DNA of 64,000 nt from Octopus vulgaris (GCA_951406725.2 OX597817.1:1-64000), one strand, 5' to 3'. Positions 39,630-53,823 are shown, counted from the stretch's first letter. Numbers and translations: made by a program. The notes: generated by a model from the sequence alone, not told the origin.

Positions 39630-39867
39630 GTAGTAGTAGTAGTAGTAGTAGTAGTACTTTCAAATTTTGGCTTAAGGCTGTCAATTCCAGGAGAGTGGCT
39701 AGGTCGATTACATTAACCCAAGTGCTCAACTGATCCTTAATTTATCAACCCTGAAAGGATGAAAGGCAAATTTGACCTCTGTGGAATTTGAACTCAGAAT
39801 GTATAGACAGATGAAATGTCACTAAGTATTTTCCCAAATGTGGTAACAATTCTACCAGCTCAACACT

Positions 39868-39909
<42 letters not shown>

Positions 39910-41905
39910 GATAGTATGGAACGGTGGGCTGCAGGTAGCATGCAAGATTCTAGGAATTCCAACAAAACCTGTGATACAAAGAAAATAACAATAATGCTTT
40001 CATATTTTGGCATAAGGCCAGCAATTTGGGGTTGGGTGTTAAGTCAATTACACTGACCCCAGGGTTCAACAGCTACTTATTTTATTGACCCTAAAAGGTG
40101 AAGGACAAAGTTGACCTCAGTGGAATTTGAACACAAAGCATAAAAAACAGATTAAATACTGCTAAGCACTTTGCTCAGCATGCTAATGATTCTGCCAGCT
40201 CAACACCTTAATAAGAACTATAATTATTATTATTATGATATCTGTGTTTGTTTTGATATTAAGATTGAAAAATTTGACTTTGTTTATAAAAATTTTTAGA
40301 CTTGGGTTTGCAACCTCTAAGTAAATATTGTTCCCACACTTACAGACATATGTTTGCAATGACACACTCATATCATCATCATCATCATCGTTTAACATCT
40401 GCTTTCCATGCTAGCATGGGTTAGACGATTTGACTGAGGACTGGCAAACCAGATGGCTGCACCAGGTTCCAATCTGATCTGGCAGAGTTTCTACAGCTGG
40501 ATGCCCTTCCTAATGCCAACTACTTCAAGAATGTAGTGGGTGCTTTTACATGCCACCGGTATGAGGGCCAGTCCAGCGGCACTGCCAACGACCTCGCTCG
40601 AATGTTTTTTTCCAGTGCCAGTAAGGCGACAGAAACTAATATACACACATATATATATAAATAAGTAAACGGCTCTCACTTTGTATAAGCAATGAGTATT
40701 CCAGTTGTTTGATCAACTGAATTACCCACTTGCTTAATTAAGATGTAAATGGCTGTGTATTCCATAGACACATATATTCTTAACCCAGTTCTCAGATATA
40801 ATCAACTTAAGACAGAGTGTGAGATGACTGGCCCTTTGATTTACAGTGGCCCTTTGATTTTCACAAAGCTTCTTCATTGTTTCAGTCCACTTATTTTCAT
40901 CTACAAGTCAAGGGTGAAAAAGAGGCTATAGCAAAAGATACTGGCCCAACTTGCCTTGCAGTGGGATTGAACCCAAGGACTCATGATTGGGAAGTGAACT
41001 TTTTAGTCATTTATCCACTCACATACATCTACAAACCACATACAGACATACAAAGATATATAAACCAACAGGTATACACATATACCCAGGGTCAGATTAG
41101 GGCCCACCATAGAGGCCCTAAGAACTGAAAAGATTTTGGTACTCCCATATATGCATAATTCAAAACATAAATAATGATAACCCATAGAATGAATTTTTAT
41201 TTTCCAAAATGAAACAAAACTAACAATAAGATGGAAAATAATGTTTATTTTTGTATACTTCCACTTTATATTTGAAAAGTTTTCTCCTACTTTTTTTAAT
41301 TGACAAGTTTTTGGTCAGATCCTCACTGTGACACCATTAACATTTCAAAATCATATTTCCAGTCATAAAAACCACTTTGAATATCATTTTAGAAAGTTTA
41401 AAATGATTTCTTTTGTGCTGTAAGCTATTTACCATTTCTGTGCTGCCCCATTTCCCTTGATGCTTTGAGCACATGCTTATTTTGCTTAATGGTTAACCCA
41501 GCACTGCATAGACCCACCAACATATACACACAACCCAACATGCTAATTGCTACTTCTTGTCTGAAGAGTGCCACTTCTTCATTGAACATTGCACACAGGT
41601 GGAGTTTGAACCCAGCTTTCGTTGTGCAAGAACATCCATAGATGTGACACTTATTTCTCTTTTCAGTGCAAAGATACTGTGGTGTGCATGATGGTAGAAC
41701 CATTCCGCAAGCAGCTCAATTTCTCCCAGGTTCATGTGGCTTTAGATGGTTGACAAACCTAGCTCTTGAGAAAAGGAATTCTCCACACACATTGCACTTC
41801 AATACCTGGTGGTTTCTGTAGGTTCTGCATTTGGGTCCCACTCATGGAGTCAACACTTCAGAGCAGTAAGCTTCATTTGCTTTTCCTCAAAGACATCATA
41901 TCTCC

Positions 41906-41938
<33 letters not shown>

Positions 41939-43109
41939 CACACACACACACATGCACATACATACACACACATGCACACACATGCACACATGTATACATC
42001 AACACACACACACGTCCATGCATGCACATACATACACACACATGTATACACACATCAACACACACACATGCATGCGTGCACATACACACACACACATACA
42101 CACACACATGTGCACACATGTATATATCAACACACACACATACTAATACATATATTTACTGACATATGTGCATAAATACATATACACACATACACGCATA
42201 TATTTATTAACAACATCAGATTCATCAGAAGAAAATAACTGAAAGATTCAAATCCCTCCACAACCCTTACCATTCTTTGCTGTCCCCTCCCATGAGTTAA
42301 TGATCCTCTAATGAAGCTTGTTTAACATTTCAAAGGTGAATTACACTCTATATTACTATCATCTCTGACTGCCCCCCCCCCCCACCAGCCCCACCACCGC
42401 TCACCGACTTTGCCATCCCAAGCTCTTCCACTACAACCACCTTAACCACACATCCCTACAATTACCATCGCAACAACCACAACTGCCACTACTCCCCCTC
42501 CCCAATCCCAGTCATCATCATTGACACCATTATTATTATTTCTACAGATGCAGCTTCTGAAGCTGTTGTTGTTGTTGTACAACTAGTTGTTGTTGTTTAT
42601 ATTAAGCAGAAGTCAAAGCTAGAAAGAAATTTGTCTTTTGACTCAACGGGAGAAGGAATGATATTTTATCTCCCCCTTACTCCCTGCTTTCTCAAAAATG
42701 AGATATGATTGTGATTTCTAAGACCATGTATCTCCCCTACAGTAAGATACCTGTTTCTGTCTCTCTGTCTCACTCTAACCTTTCCTCATCTGACACAAGA
42801 TCACCTCTTCCAAATCCCCTTCCACTCTCAAAAGATCTTTGTCCTGCAAGTTATTTGGTGACCCTGCCAGTGCTCGGGTCACTCGAAAAGCATCCAATCC
42901 ACACTGTAAACTGACTGGCATTTGGAAGGGCATCCAGCAGTAAAAACCATGCCAAACTGACCTGGCCTGTACTTGTGCCACTTAAAATGCACTTAGTCCA
43001 TTTAATTTATTAATGTAATGTAAATTTAATAATAAATGTAACTTAAGTGAAGTAGTAAATAAATGTGTGGTAACCTTAAATGTAGATAGTGGTGGTAGTG
43101 ATAATGGTG

Positions 43110-43141
<32 letters not shown>

Positions 43142-43178
43142 GATAATAATAATAATGATAATAATAATAATAATAATG

Positions 43179-43213
<35 letters not shown>

Positions 43214-43216
<3 letters not shown>

Positions 43217-43462
43217 GATCTGAGCAAATATAAAGATCTTGAAATAGAAATCAGCAAAATGTGGAAGCTGAAGACTAAAACAATACCTGTTGTCATAGGT
43301 GCCCTGGGAATGATAGCAAAAGGGGCTGATAGCTACCTAACTCAGATACCAGGAAACCCAAAAATGGCAGAAGTTCAAAAGATAGTGCTCATGGGAACTG
43401 CTCATATCCTACGCAAAATACTCTCTATGTAATCTCAAGGTTTAAAACAAACATAATTTTCG

Positions 43463-43495
<33 letters not shown>

Positions 43496-43659
43496 TTTTT
43501 TTTTTTTTTTAGACATTCATTAGTACAACATCCCCACCCCCCAAATATATGGCACACTAGGCATAACAACAACATGAACTTCCAACCCTGTTGTCTCTTG
43601 AGGTCTCTGGGTGAGACTTGGAGCCAACTTGTACAAATATAAAGCAAAAGTCAAACATA

Positions 43660-43660
<1 letters not shown>
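43214..43660 (+). mobile_element. 5'-truncated R4/Dong-like retrotransposon (restriction-like endonuclease C-terminus) inserted in (TAA)n
   Basis: KDLSKYKDLEIEISKMWKLKTKTIPVVIGALG...QKIVLMGTAHILRK; (AAT)n immediately on both sides. Confidence 0.85.
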
Positions 43661-43694
<34 letters not shown>

Positions 43695-43807
43695 TGTTGT
43701 ATTACATGGAGATATTTCTCTACTTCCCCTCCCCAAGCTTTCAGCTATATTTCAACAACTCTTAACCTTCACTTGCCCTAGGGCGCTGGGTGTGCCCCGG
43801 CAAGTGA

Positions 43808-45180
43808 TTGCATCAAACATGCAGATTAAAAGTAAATGATAATAATAATAATAATAATGAAAATCAAAATGTGACTTACATTGGATCAACATCAAATAAA
43901 ATTAAACAAAGGGTGGCTCAGCATTTGTACTCTTTTAAGAATAAAAGATTGATGAACTGGACAGGCTTAAGTAAATATATATGGGAATTAAAAACTAAAG
44001 ATATAAAGTATAAATTAAAATGGGAAATAATATGTAGAACGAAATCATATAGAATAGATAAGGAATTCTGTCTTCTGTGTACACACAAATTTATGGAAAT
44101 ATTAAAAGCTAAAATAACACCAATCAACACCCAGGATGAATGAAAAATAAATGTAAACATAAACTGAATTGCCTATTTAATAAGATGAGATAACGCTTGA
44201 TTCTTTAGAAAATAAATACCCTAATTTTAAATCAAATAAAATTTAATCATAATAATTAGATATAATGTATAATCATATTTTATTATTTAGTATAACTAAT
44301 TATTTATAAATAAATGTAAGATAATACTAAATTAACTTCTAATTTCAGATATTTTAGTTTCTTAATAAAAATCTATAGTATAATATTTGATGGTATTATT
44401 TGAAACTTTTAATCTTAATTTAGAAACTCAAGTTTAAGAATAATAGTATAATCAATATATATTAATTGTATTATAATTATAAAAATAATAAAAAATTATA
44501 TTTTTACTGATTTTTACTAATTTTACTGACTTTTACTTATTTCAAAATATTTTAAAATATTCTAAAATTATATGTTGAGTAATTTAGTTTACCTATTTAC
44601 CAACTTAGAAATTTATTATTTATCAAAGTTAATATAAAAATAAATCAAATTAACCAGGAAAAAAATTAGACTATTCCCATCATACACTTCTGGTTTCTCT
44701 TGATTTATTATTATTATAAATAATAGAAAATACCTTTTAAGAACTTTTGAATGTTAATAAGAATTATCTCCCCTACAAAGTAGCTCTCAATGTTGGATTA
44801 TGCAATTGCTGGTAGCCATGTTTAATTCATGGAGAGAAAATTACCATTCACATAAGTTAACATTTCTTTTTCCTACTTTTATTCCACATTTCTGTTCATT
44901 ATTTACTAAAGAAAAATTATTCCAACAACTTCTAGTTATATAATTTTAGTTTCTCATGTCTTAATATACGATGTAAATAGCAAAATAAGTTCATATTAGA
45001 TAGACCTGAAGATTGGAAATATAATCGTTTTAATATGGTATTCTATAGACATTCTGTTTCAACAATATCAAGGAATATGTTGTCATGAAACGCATGTAGT
45101 CTAGATAATGTAAAGTATATGATTTGTAATAAGAATTGAAGGTATTAATTTTGATAATTTTAATATTTAGTCCTGTATGT
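43808..45180 (+). mobile_element. Penelope-like element 3' part: GIY-YIG remnant, AT-rich UTR, hammerhead
   Basis: TYIGSTSNKIKQRVAQH...TGLSKYIWELK...WEII...CLLC; co-oriented hammerhead at 45001. Confidence 0.8.
45001..45103 (+). ncRNA. Type I hammerhead ribozyme with long stem II, intact core
   Basis: tagac-CTGAAGA-(74 nt with imperfect pairing)-GAAAC-gcat-GTA-gtcta; perfect 5-bp stem I. Confidence 0.75.
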
Positions 45181-45680
45181 ACATCATCATCATCATCCTC
45201 ATTTAGCGTCCGCCTTCCATGCTAGCATGGGTTGGACAGTTCAACTGGGGTCTGGGAAGCCAGAGGGCTGCACCAGGCCCAGTCTGATCTGGCAATGTTT
45301 CTACAGCTGGATGCCCTTCCTAACGCTAACCACTCTGTGAGTGTAGAGGGTGCTTTTTACGTGCCAGATGAGGCTGGTAAACGGCCATGGTCGGATGGTG
45401 CTTTTTACGTGCCACCGGCACAGGGGCCAAGCGAGGCTGGCAACGGCCACGTTCGGATGGCTTGCTTACGTGCCACCGGCACTGGTATCACAGCTACAAT
45501 TTCCATTGATGTTGATCGATTTCGATTTCGATTTTTGCTTGAGGGTGATTCTGTCTCTTAAACCTATCTATTTATATGTATATAATACAGGGAGTAATTC
45601 ATTTTAGTACCACTAAATTGAACTTCTCTCCCCTGTGGACTCGGAAATAACTTCCCTAATATTAATTATATATATAAAAA

Positions 45681-46011
45681 GACCCCCTTCGGTCATGAAT
45701 GACCATGGGATTGCACCTAGAAAGTTACCCTCCTAGACACAAGTCCGGGCAAGGTTGTTTATGGAAGACCAGCAGTCGCCCATGCATACCAGCCTCCCCT
45801 CTCCACGCCACCAGTGTTATCCAAGGGAAAGACAAAGGTCGATACAGCTTGGCACCTGTGACGTCGCAACTCATTTCTACAGCTGAGTGAACTGGAGCAA
45901 CGTGAAATAAAGTGCCTTGCTCAAGAACACAACACGCAGCCCGGTCCGGGATTCGAGCTCACAACCTCACGATCGTAAGCTCGACGCTCTAACCATTGAG
46001 CCATGCACCTT

Positions 46012-46014
<3 letters not shown>
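45681..46014 (-). mobile_element. tRNA-derived SINE (family 5)
   Basis: tRNA-like head at 45940-46014; second copy on + strand at 56181-56520; flanked by TA repeats. Confidence 0.8.
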
Positions 46015-46068
<54 letters not shown>

Positions 46069-48295
46069 TTGATATAAGTACTTGAAGACTGTTTTATCGA
46101 CCTAGGAAAGATGAAGCCAATCTGAGCAGGATTTGAACTCAGACTGGTTACTGCCATAGGGATATGGTATCAAATTTTAAAGTCGATAAATTACCTCCAG
46201 TACTTGATTTGAACTTTACTTTATTTTACCTCAAAGGGATTAAAGGTAAAGTTGAATCCAACAGGATTTGAACTCAGGACATTAGGATACATAACTAAAT
46301 ATTGCAAAGTAGGTATTTATGTACCTTAATGAATTTGCCTCTTAATTCCTCTAATAATAATCACAACAGCAACAATAATAATCGTTTCTAGTTCAGGTAC
46401 ATGACTAACAATTTTGAGGGGAGGGGCACAGTTGAATTCAGAATATCAAGAACCAAAACAAATATCACACAGGGGATTTTCTTTTTCTTCCACTGCCCTA
46501 ACCCTAACTCTCTGGAGGAGTGGGTTTTAATTAAATCTACTTTATTTTATTGTTCCTGGAGGGATGAAAGGTAATGTTGGCTTTGGTAGCATTTGAACTC
46601 AGAACATAAAGAGCCGTTTCAAATGCTGTAAGACATTTTTGCTTTCATGTTCTGACAATTTTGTCAATCCAATAATATAATGCTATTACTAATAATATAA
46701 TTACTAATAGCAATAATATAATGCTATTAATTAATATTAACAACAACAAAATTAACAAGAATCAATGTAATGTTAGTTGTTGTAGAGAGAATATTTCTGT
46801 CAAATATTTGGTTTGAGTATTTCCTTACTTATTTTTGAACAAAAAATGATGATTGAAAGAATAAAAATGTATTTTTGAATAAAAAAACATCAAAAGAAAC
46901 CAACTAAGAAGCTATCATCAAACAAAAATTTTATGAAAAAATATTAAAATTTAAATATATATATATACACGTATGTATGTATGTATTTATTCGTGTTTTG
47001 ATGTCTTAAAATTTTTAATATTTTTGAAAAAAAGAAAATAGTGAGAAAAGGAAACAAGAAAGTGTAAAGCAAAAATAAAATAAGTTTTAAAAAAAACGGT
47101 TTCCAAAAGATTTGCTCTGAGATCCTCAATGTTAGTCACACATTTTTTCTTTTAATGCTATGAGCCAGAGGTGAATAAGAAAGCTATGTCGTAAACAATT
47201 CTGTCTCTTACCGACAATAAACCTTCAATTTCTTTCCAATTAAAGATATATTCTGTGAAGTCTATTTATTCTGCACAAATTCTCAGCTTGAACTTAAGTA
47301 TTTTTTTCCCCATTTTTGCCTCTTTTATTTTATTATTTTATTTTCATTTTATTTCTAAGGCATTGAATTTACAGCAAATATTGATCATGTGTCAAATATT
47401 GAACATGTATTTGTCAATATTAAGGAACTTACGAACCAAACTAGACAATTCTTGGTATAATAATCAAAGAAGATCAAGTTCTTAGCTTTCGATTAATTTT
47501 TCATTCAGTTTTTTTTCTTTTTTAAATAATTTTCTTCACATCTGTTTTACTTGTTTTTCTTTCCTTTTATTTCCAAACTTGGATAATTTCCAAACTGTTG
47601 ACGGCCCTGTATAATTATTACTGAAAAACATAAAGAATTGTCTTTCCTACCACTCAACTATGAGATGACAGTGGTGGTATGTTTCACCATCTCCATCATT
47701 CTTGCAGCCATATATTTTTTATCCATGCTGGTATAGATTGGACAGTTGTCATGACCTAAATCTGCAGTTCTTAACCATTTCTTTGACCTGAGGACTTCTT
47801 TGATTCCTACATCACTTGGGTGGACCCTTGAAGCCATTCAATGTTTAACTCTTTAGCATTTAAACTTGCCACATCCAGTCCAAATACTCAATCTGTTTTA
47901 TGCTCAGACTGGCCAGATTTGGCCTTTTACACTTATCCTACAGGGTCATTTTGCAAATAAACAATCACATCATCAAAATCTCAAAGCTATGAAATAATGC
48001 ATGATTAATTTAAAGTGATGTGAATATGTAAGCACTACATTTGACAGGGTAATCTGAAAGCTAAAGGGTTAAAAAAAAATCCTATTATATTTTTAGAATT
48101 AAATATTATTGATTTCAAATTTTGGCACAAGGCCAGTAATTTCAGGGGTGAGGTTAAGTCAATTACATTAGCTCCAGTACTCAACTGGTACTTATTTTAT
48201 CGACCCTGAAAGGATAAAAGGTAAAGTCAACCTTGGGAAAATTTGAACTCAGAATGTGAAAATGGATGAAACACCACAAAGCATTTCAATCAGTA

Positions 48296-48694
48296 TACTC
48301 TCTTACTCTCTTACTTGTTTCAGTCATTTGACTGCGGCCATGCTGGAGCACCGCCTTTAATCGAGCAACTCGACCCCGGGACTCATTCTTTTTGTAAGCC
48401 CAGTACTTATTCTATCGGTCTCTTTTGCCGAACCGCTAAGTAACAGGGACATAAACATACCAGCATCGGTTGTCAAGCAATGCTAGGGGGACAAACACAG
48501 ACACACAAACACACACATGCATATATACATATATACGACAGGTTTCTTTTCAGTTTCCGTCTACCAAATCCACTCACAAGGCTTTGGTCGGCCCGAGGCA
48601 ATAGTAGAAGACACTTGCCCAAGGTGCCACGCAGTGGGACTGAACCTGGAACTATGTGGTTGGTAAACAAGCTACTTACCACACAGCCACTCCT
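48296..48694 (-). mobile_element. Full-length family-1 SINE
   Basis: Near-complete reverse complement of 38632-39040. Confidence 0.9.
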
Positions 48695-50484
48695 GCATGG
48701 TAACAATTTTGTCTATGCTAACAATTTTGTCAACTCGCCACCTTAAATAATGAAATATTGTTAGGAATTGTATAAAAAAAAGGTTTGTTAATATAGTTTA
48801 TGGATTGTAGATGCATAACCAATTTATTACATGTAAATTCTAACAACAAAATCTTAGATGATCCACTCCTACCACTGGTTCTAACTTCTTTCCTGGTGTT
48901 ACTGAAGCAAGCTACATAACAGCTCTTTCCTTTGGAGTTCACAACATAATGAATGCCTATGATTTGAACTCATAAACTTGTACACTGGTTCAATTATTCA
49001 GCAGCTTAATCTCACCAGTTGAGCAACTCTGTTTTATCTTTTACTTATTTTAGTCACTGGACTGTAGCCATGCTGGAGGCTTAGTGGTTACAATGTTGAA
49101 CTAATGATCATAGGATTGTAGTTTTGATTCCTGGACCAAGCGACATGTCATGTTCTTGAGCAGAACACTTCATTTCACATTGCTTCGATCCAGTCAGATG
49201 GTAAAAACAAGTAATCCTGTGCTGGAACAGTGTCCTGTCCATGTGGGGGTATTTATATGCCATGGAAACTGAAAGACCAGCCCTTATGAGTTGACATGAC
49301 TCAGAAGGTAACTTTACTTTTTGATTATACAAATTGATTTTAGTGCTTGTTTTTAAGTCTGGTTCAAATGCTGTCAGTCTTTTTTGCTGAATCACAAAGT
49401 TCCAGGGACATAAAAAAGCCAACACTGGTTGACAAGTGGTAGTGAAGGAAAAACACTAAAATGAAGATACACACATACATTCACATTCACATATGTATAC
49501 ACACACACACACATTATGGGCTTCCACATAGTTTCTGTCAACCAAAATTCCTCACAAGGCAGAAAACTTAGCTGTAGCAGAAAACATCTGCCCAAAGTGC
49601 TGCACAGTGGGTCTGAACTCAAAACCTCATGGTTGCAAAGTGGGCTCCTAAACCACACAGTCATGCTGAAAAATAAAGGTAAAAAGAAAAACCTAAATTA
49701 TAATGAACTTAATGTATACAGTGCTCAGGTGCACTACAACTCCTCAGAAAAGTAACCAAAAGTGCATGAACTGTATTAATTTGCTTGCAAAAAACAAAAC
49801 TTTGTTTTATATAGATGTTATTAACATTAAGCTATAATATTCAGCTGGTCAGAGTTCAGTATTCAGGAGATGCAGAAAACATTGAAAATTCAGCTGGGGA
49901 AAATATATATGAAAAGTCCTTGTATAGTTTTTATAATTGAGAAAAAAAAAGTATGTACAATGTAAGAAAATGTGTATATGAGAAAGAAGAGGTGAGAATG
50001 AGAGAGAATCAAGAGCTGTCTTGAAGCATGCTTGCTGGAATTGTCAGCCAGATGAGGTTGTCAAACTCTAAATGTGGGAGCAGTAAACTAGACTTAATAT
50101 AAATTCACTGTCTCCAAAATAGGCTCCAATGAGCTCCTATTTTTAATATATTTGATTGGTTAATTTACATCAATTCCAACCAAGTGAATCTCATACTTGG
50201 AGCACTTTTATCAAAATCTGTCATTTTCTTACATCCCACAATCACATCCGAGCTACTTTTACAAAGGGTATGGAATTTACAACAGCATTTCAGCCCGTTC
50301 AATATTGTTAACATTGGTGGCGTCAGCAGCATAGGTGGTGCAGATGGCATTGACATCATCATCATTATAATTATCTAATGTCAATTTTCCATGTTGATAT
50401 GGAATGGATGGCTTGACAAGATCTGGTGTATCACAGGGTGGTGTTAATCTCCAATGTCAGCTTCGGCGTTGTTTCTATAGATCA

Positions 50485-50690
50485 AGGGTTCTCAACCATT
50501 TTTTATCTATGGACCCCTTTGATTACTATTTTATTCCAGTGGACTCCCACAACCATTTGATGTTTAAAAACTTGTTTTATAGATACTTCATTCAAACTTC
50601 CTATTTTGATTTTCACACATTAGGTAAAATGTTTGCAAAAGAAACCTAGCTGTGTCTTGCAATACACACAAATACATAGATTTGAAGCAA
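50485..50690. mobile_element. hAT-like DNA transposon end remnant
   Basis: caagggttctcaacc...atggacccc resembles a typical hAT terminus; no partner end seen. Confidence 0.45.
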
Positions 50691-50847
50691 AGGATGAAAG
50701 GCAGAATGCAGAAAGCTACAAGGATTACTATTAATACAAAGCACTCTATCTAATGTTCTAACTACTCTCTACCAATCAACTGCCTACACACATACGCACA
50801 CACACAAGATGATGCTGATATATATATATACACACATACATATATAC

Positions 50848-50881
<34 letters not shown>

Positions 50882-51149
50882 GCCTTGACCTTCGAAACGT
50901 GGAGTAGATGAAATTAAGGTGACTGAAGAAGGGGAATTTTCCTTGTTTTGTATGTCCTCTACTCTATTTTTTCGTTGTTTTAAAAAAATGTCCATTTCCT
51001 TGGTTTTGTGTTTATGTTTTCGTTTCTCATTGTGTTCGACGGTTTTTTGGTGTCCTGTACCCATATATGCATGTATATATACATGTAGAGGTAGGTACGT
51101 ATATATATGTATGTATATATGCATATATTTTATTTATTTATTAATCTTT

Positions 51150-51202
<53 letters not shown>

Positions 51203-51233
51203 TTATAATAGGATTAGCTCGTATACGAGTAGG

Positions 51234-52328
51234 TATATATTTGTAAAAAATGAAGTTCGAAAATGCTGCTGTATTATACAATTTTTAATTTTTATATATA
51301 CATTATAACATGTTTCAGTTCCTGAAATGAACCTTATCAAAAAAAGTTATATATAAAAAAAGACAGCTCATGCCGTCAAACACAAGAAATTCATTTATAA
51401 TACACAACGGAGTCAGACATCTTAGAGTTTCATGTATAGTTGATATATAGTTCATGTATAGTTGATATATAGTTTGAAGTATATGTTCAAAGTGTTCGAT
51501 GCAGTGGCCCACGGTGGCGATACGTATTCAATACAAAAAACAGATCAAAGTGGTGGAAAGCGGTCAATACAGAAGATTGATGTTTCCGAAAGAGTGAGGA
51601 ATTCATTTTTACCTTAAGCAATTGTGATGACCCATGGTGGATGTTCGCTGGGTGGTTCTAGTGGGTTTTGTGAAGTGCACGGTTTTATAATGCCTGTTAG
51701 GTGGTCAATCCAGCGTAGCGTGACGTCATCAACGTTTTGACCAATCGTTTCGTTAGGTGGCTTTAGTCAAGCAGAACGGGACGTCATCATTATTTTGACC
51801 AATCGCTGCATTATAACTGCCTCTTGTTTGTTTCCTGTTTTGACCAGTCGCTTCGTTAGTCAAGCAGAACGGGACGTCATCCAGATTCTGCCCAATCACG
51901 ACTTATAGCTACATTAGATCTGCCCCCTGTCTGTACTTGTTAGGTGACTAGTCAAGCAGAAAAGGACGTCATCAATATTCTGACTAATGACTGTCCCCTG
52001 TTTGTATCCTGTCCATTCTAGCAGAGCTAGATGTCATCAACTTGTTGACCAATCAGAATCGGGTCTGACCCTTAGCTGTATCTTTGAACATATACTTCAA
52101 ACTATATATCAACTATACATGAACTATATATCAACTATACATGAACTCTAAGATGTCTGACTCCGTTGTGTATTATAAATGAATTTCTTGTGTTTGACGG
52201 CATGAGCTGTCTTTTTTTATATATAACTTTTTTTGATAAGGTTCATTTCAGGAACTGAAACATGTTATAATGTATATATAAAAATTAAAAATTGTATAAT
52301 ACAGCAGCATTTTCGAACTTCATTTTTT

Positions 52329-52339
<11 letters not shown>
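51234..52339. mobile_element. Penelope-like inverted-repeat cassette in (TA)n
   Basis: ~258-bp inverted arms 51234-51492 and 52082-52339 with a hammerhead-like variant (TTGATAA-ggttc..gaact-GAAAC-at-GTT) in both arms. Confidence 0.75.
51721..52054 (+). promoter_or_regulatory. Five CRE-like + CCAAT composite modules
   Basis: GACGTCATC-N10-CCAAT at 51722, 51780, 51873, 51965 (CTAAT) and 52030 (GATGTCATC). Confidence 0.6.
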
Positions 52340-52402
<63 letters not shown>

Positions 52403-53403
52403 AATGGCTGCGATTTTAATTGTAACGGTAGAAATATTGATAAAGATTTGTTGTTATAACGGTAAACTGTAGGATGTTAAGTTGTGAAGGCTAGACAATG
52501 CACAATGTTTTAAGGAAATGTTTTATTTACCGTTACATTACGGGCAGGTTGTGATAAATCCAAAAGCATGCGAAAGAAAAGTTAGATCATCATCATCATC
52601 ATCATCATCGTTTAACGTCCGCGGGAGATGTGGGAGAATATTTTGTGCTTGGTTTGGTGTACACAAATTGTTAGTAGCAATTTCAGAGATAGATAGATTG
52701 ATGTTGTAATAGAACAGTATTAGAGCTAGAGTGAAGTGTTGGGTGTTGTCTGACAGTAAACTTCATTTCTCCCTCTGACCAAGGTTGGTCAGCCAGACCT
52801 TGTTGAGTCGTCACCGGCTGGTGACTAACTGATTTTTGCTTGGGATGTGCTTGCTTATACTAAGATCCAGAAGGATAGATATATCATTGAGAACAATAGA
52901 TTTAGTTGGTGGTCTTGTTATCTATTCTAGCTTTTGGTGAAGTAGAAGAGGTTAGAAAGGGTCAAGTGGTGAAGACATTATTTTGGCCTTGCTAAAAGGC
53001 ATCTGGAAAATGTAAAAACTGCTGTCAGAGAAAAAACCATTGTTCCATCATAGTAAAAGTTCTGTAGCAGTGCTAATTTAAATTTGGCTGTGGTGGGTCG
53101 AATCCGCTTCATGCATGCAAGATTCGCTACATACACACTCATACACACACACACATATATATATTATATATATGCAGATAGATAGATAGATTAGTTATAT
53201 GTTTCAATAGAAGTTAGGCACATCAACATGTGGGATGCTAGAAATGGCGAGGTACATACGGTTCACAGTGAAGTCGCACAACAATGAAGGTATCAAGTGT
53301 TGGTAGGATACTGTAGGTATGTATCAAATCCAATTTAAACTGTAGATCTGACTCAGGGGTTAGTTCTAGGTGTGGTGTAGGTATAAAGAGAAGACAACTT
53401 TTA

Positions 53404-53635
53404 TTTAAAATTTACTACACCAGTTTTGGTAGAATTTTATTGATCTATTCACAGATTACATCATAACATATAAACTACCACCTTCAAAAGTGTTGGCTGG
53501 ATTCATCAAGATCAATGCATCTCACCTGTTTGATACCTGTTTAATATTTTACCTGAAGATGGTGGATTATATTTTATGATGTAATCTTTGAATGCATCAT
53601 TAAAATTCTATCAAAACAGCTTTTTTAAATTTTAA
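53404..53635. mobile_element. Old, diverged inverted pair of decayed hammerheads
   Basis: + arm tttac-CTGAAGA-tggtgga...tctatc-AAAAC-agct; - arm ...tctacc-AAAAC-tggt-GTA-gtaaa; a third copy near 61255-61345 (-). Confidence 0.6.
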
Positions 53636-53649
53636 ACCCAATGTGTGTT

Positions 53650-53823
53650 CTTGCTTACGAACCACATGGTTCCAGGTTTAGTCCCACTGCGTGGCACCTT
53701 GGGCAAGTATCTTCTACCAAAGCCTTGTGAGTGGATTTGGTCAACGTAAACTGAAAGAAGCCCGTCTTATATATGTGTATATATATATATATATCTATAT
53801 CTATATATATATATATATCTATA

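Noticed and set aside
43463-43511. Long poly-A immediately followed by poly-T
   Set aside because: Probably homopolymer slippage or a sequencing artefact within the RLE element 3' UTR.
46495-46510. ccctaaccctaa telomere-like repeat
   Set aside because: Only two units.
50165-50378. Non-repetitive stretch open on both strands; possible exon or NUMT
   Set aside because: No recognisable protein family or convincing splice sites; needs BLASTX or RNA-seq.
50885-50935. GAAAC..GTA followed by CTGAAGA, a possible permuted hammerhead
   Set aside because: No stem I pairing between GTA and CTGAAGA; at best a half motif truncated by the TA tract.
52775-52825. Two adjacent short palindromes (ctgaccaaggttggtcag, gtcaccggctggtgac)
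   Set aside because: No supporting context or second copy in the window.
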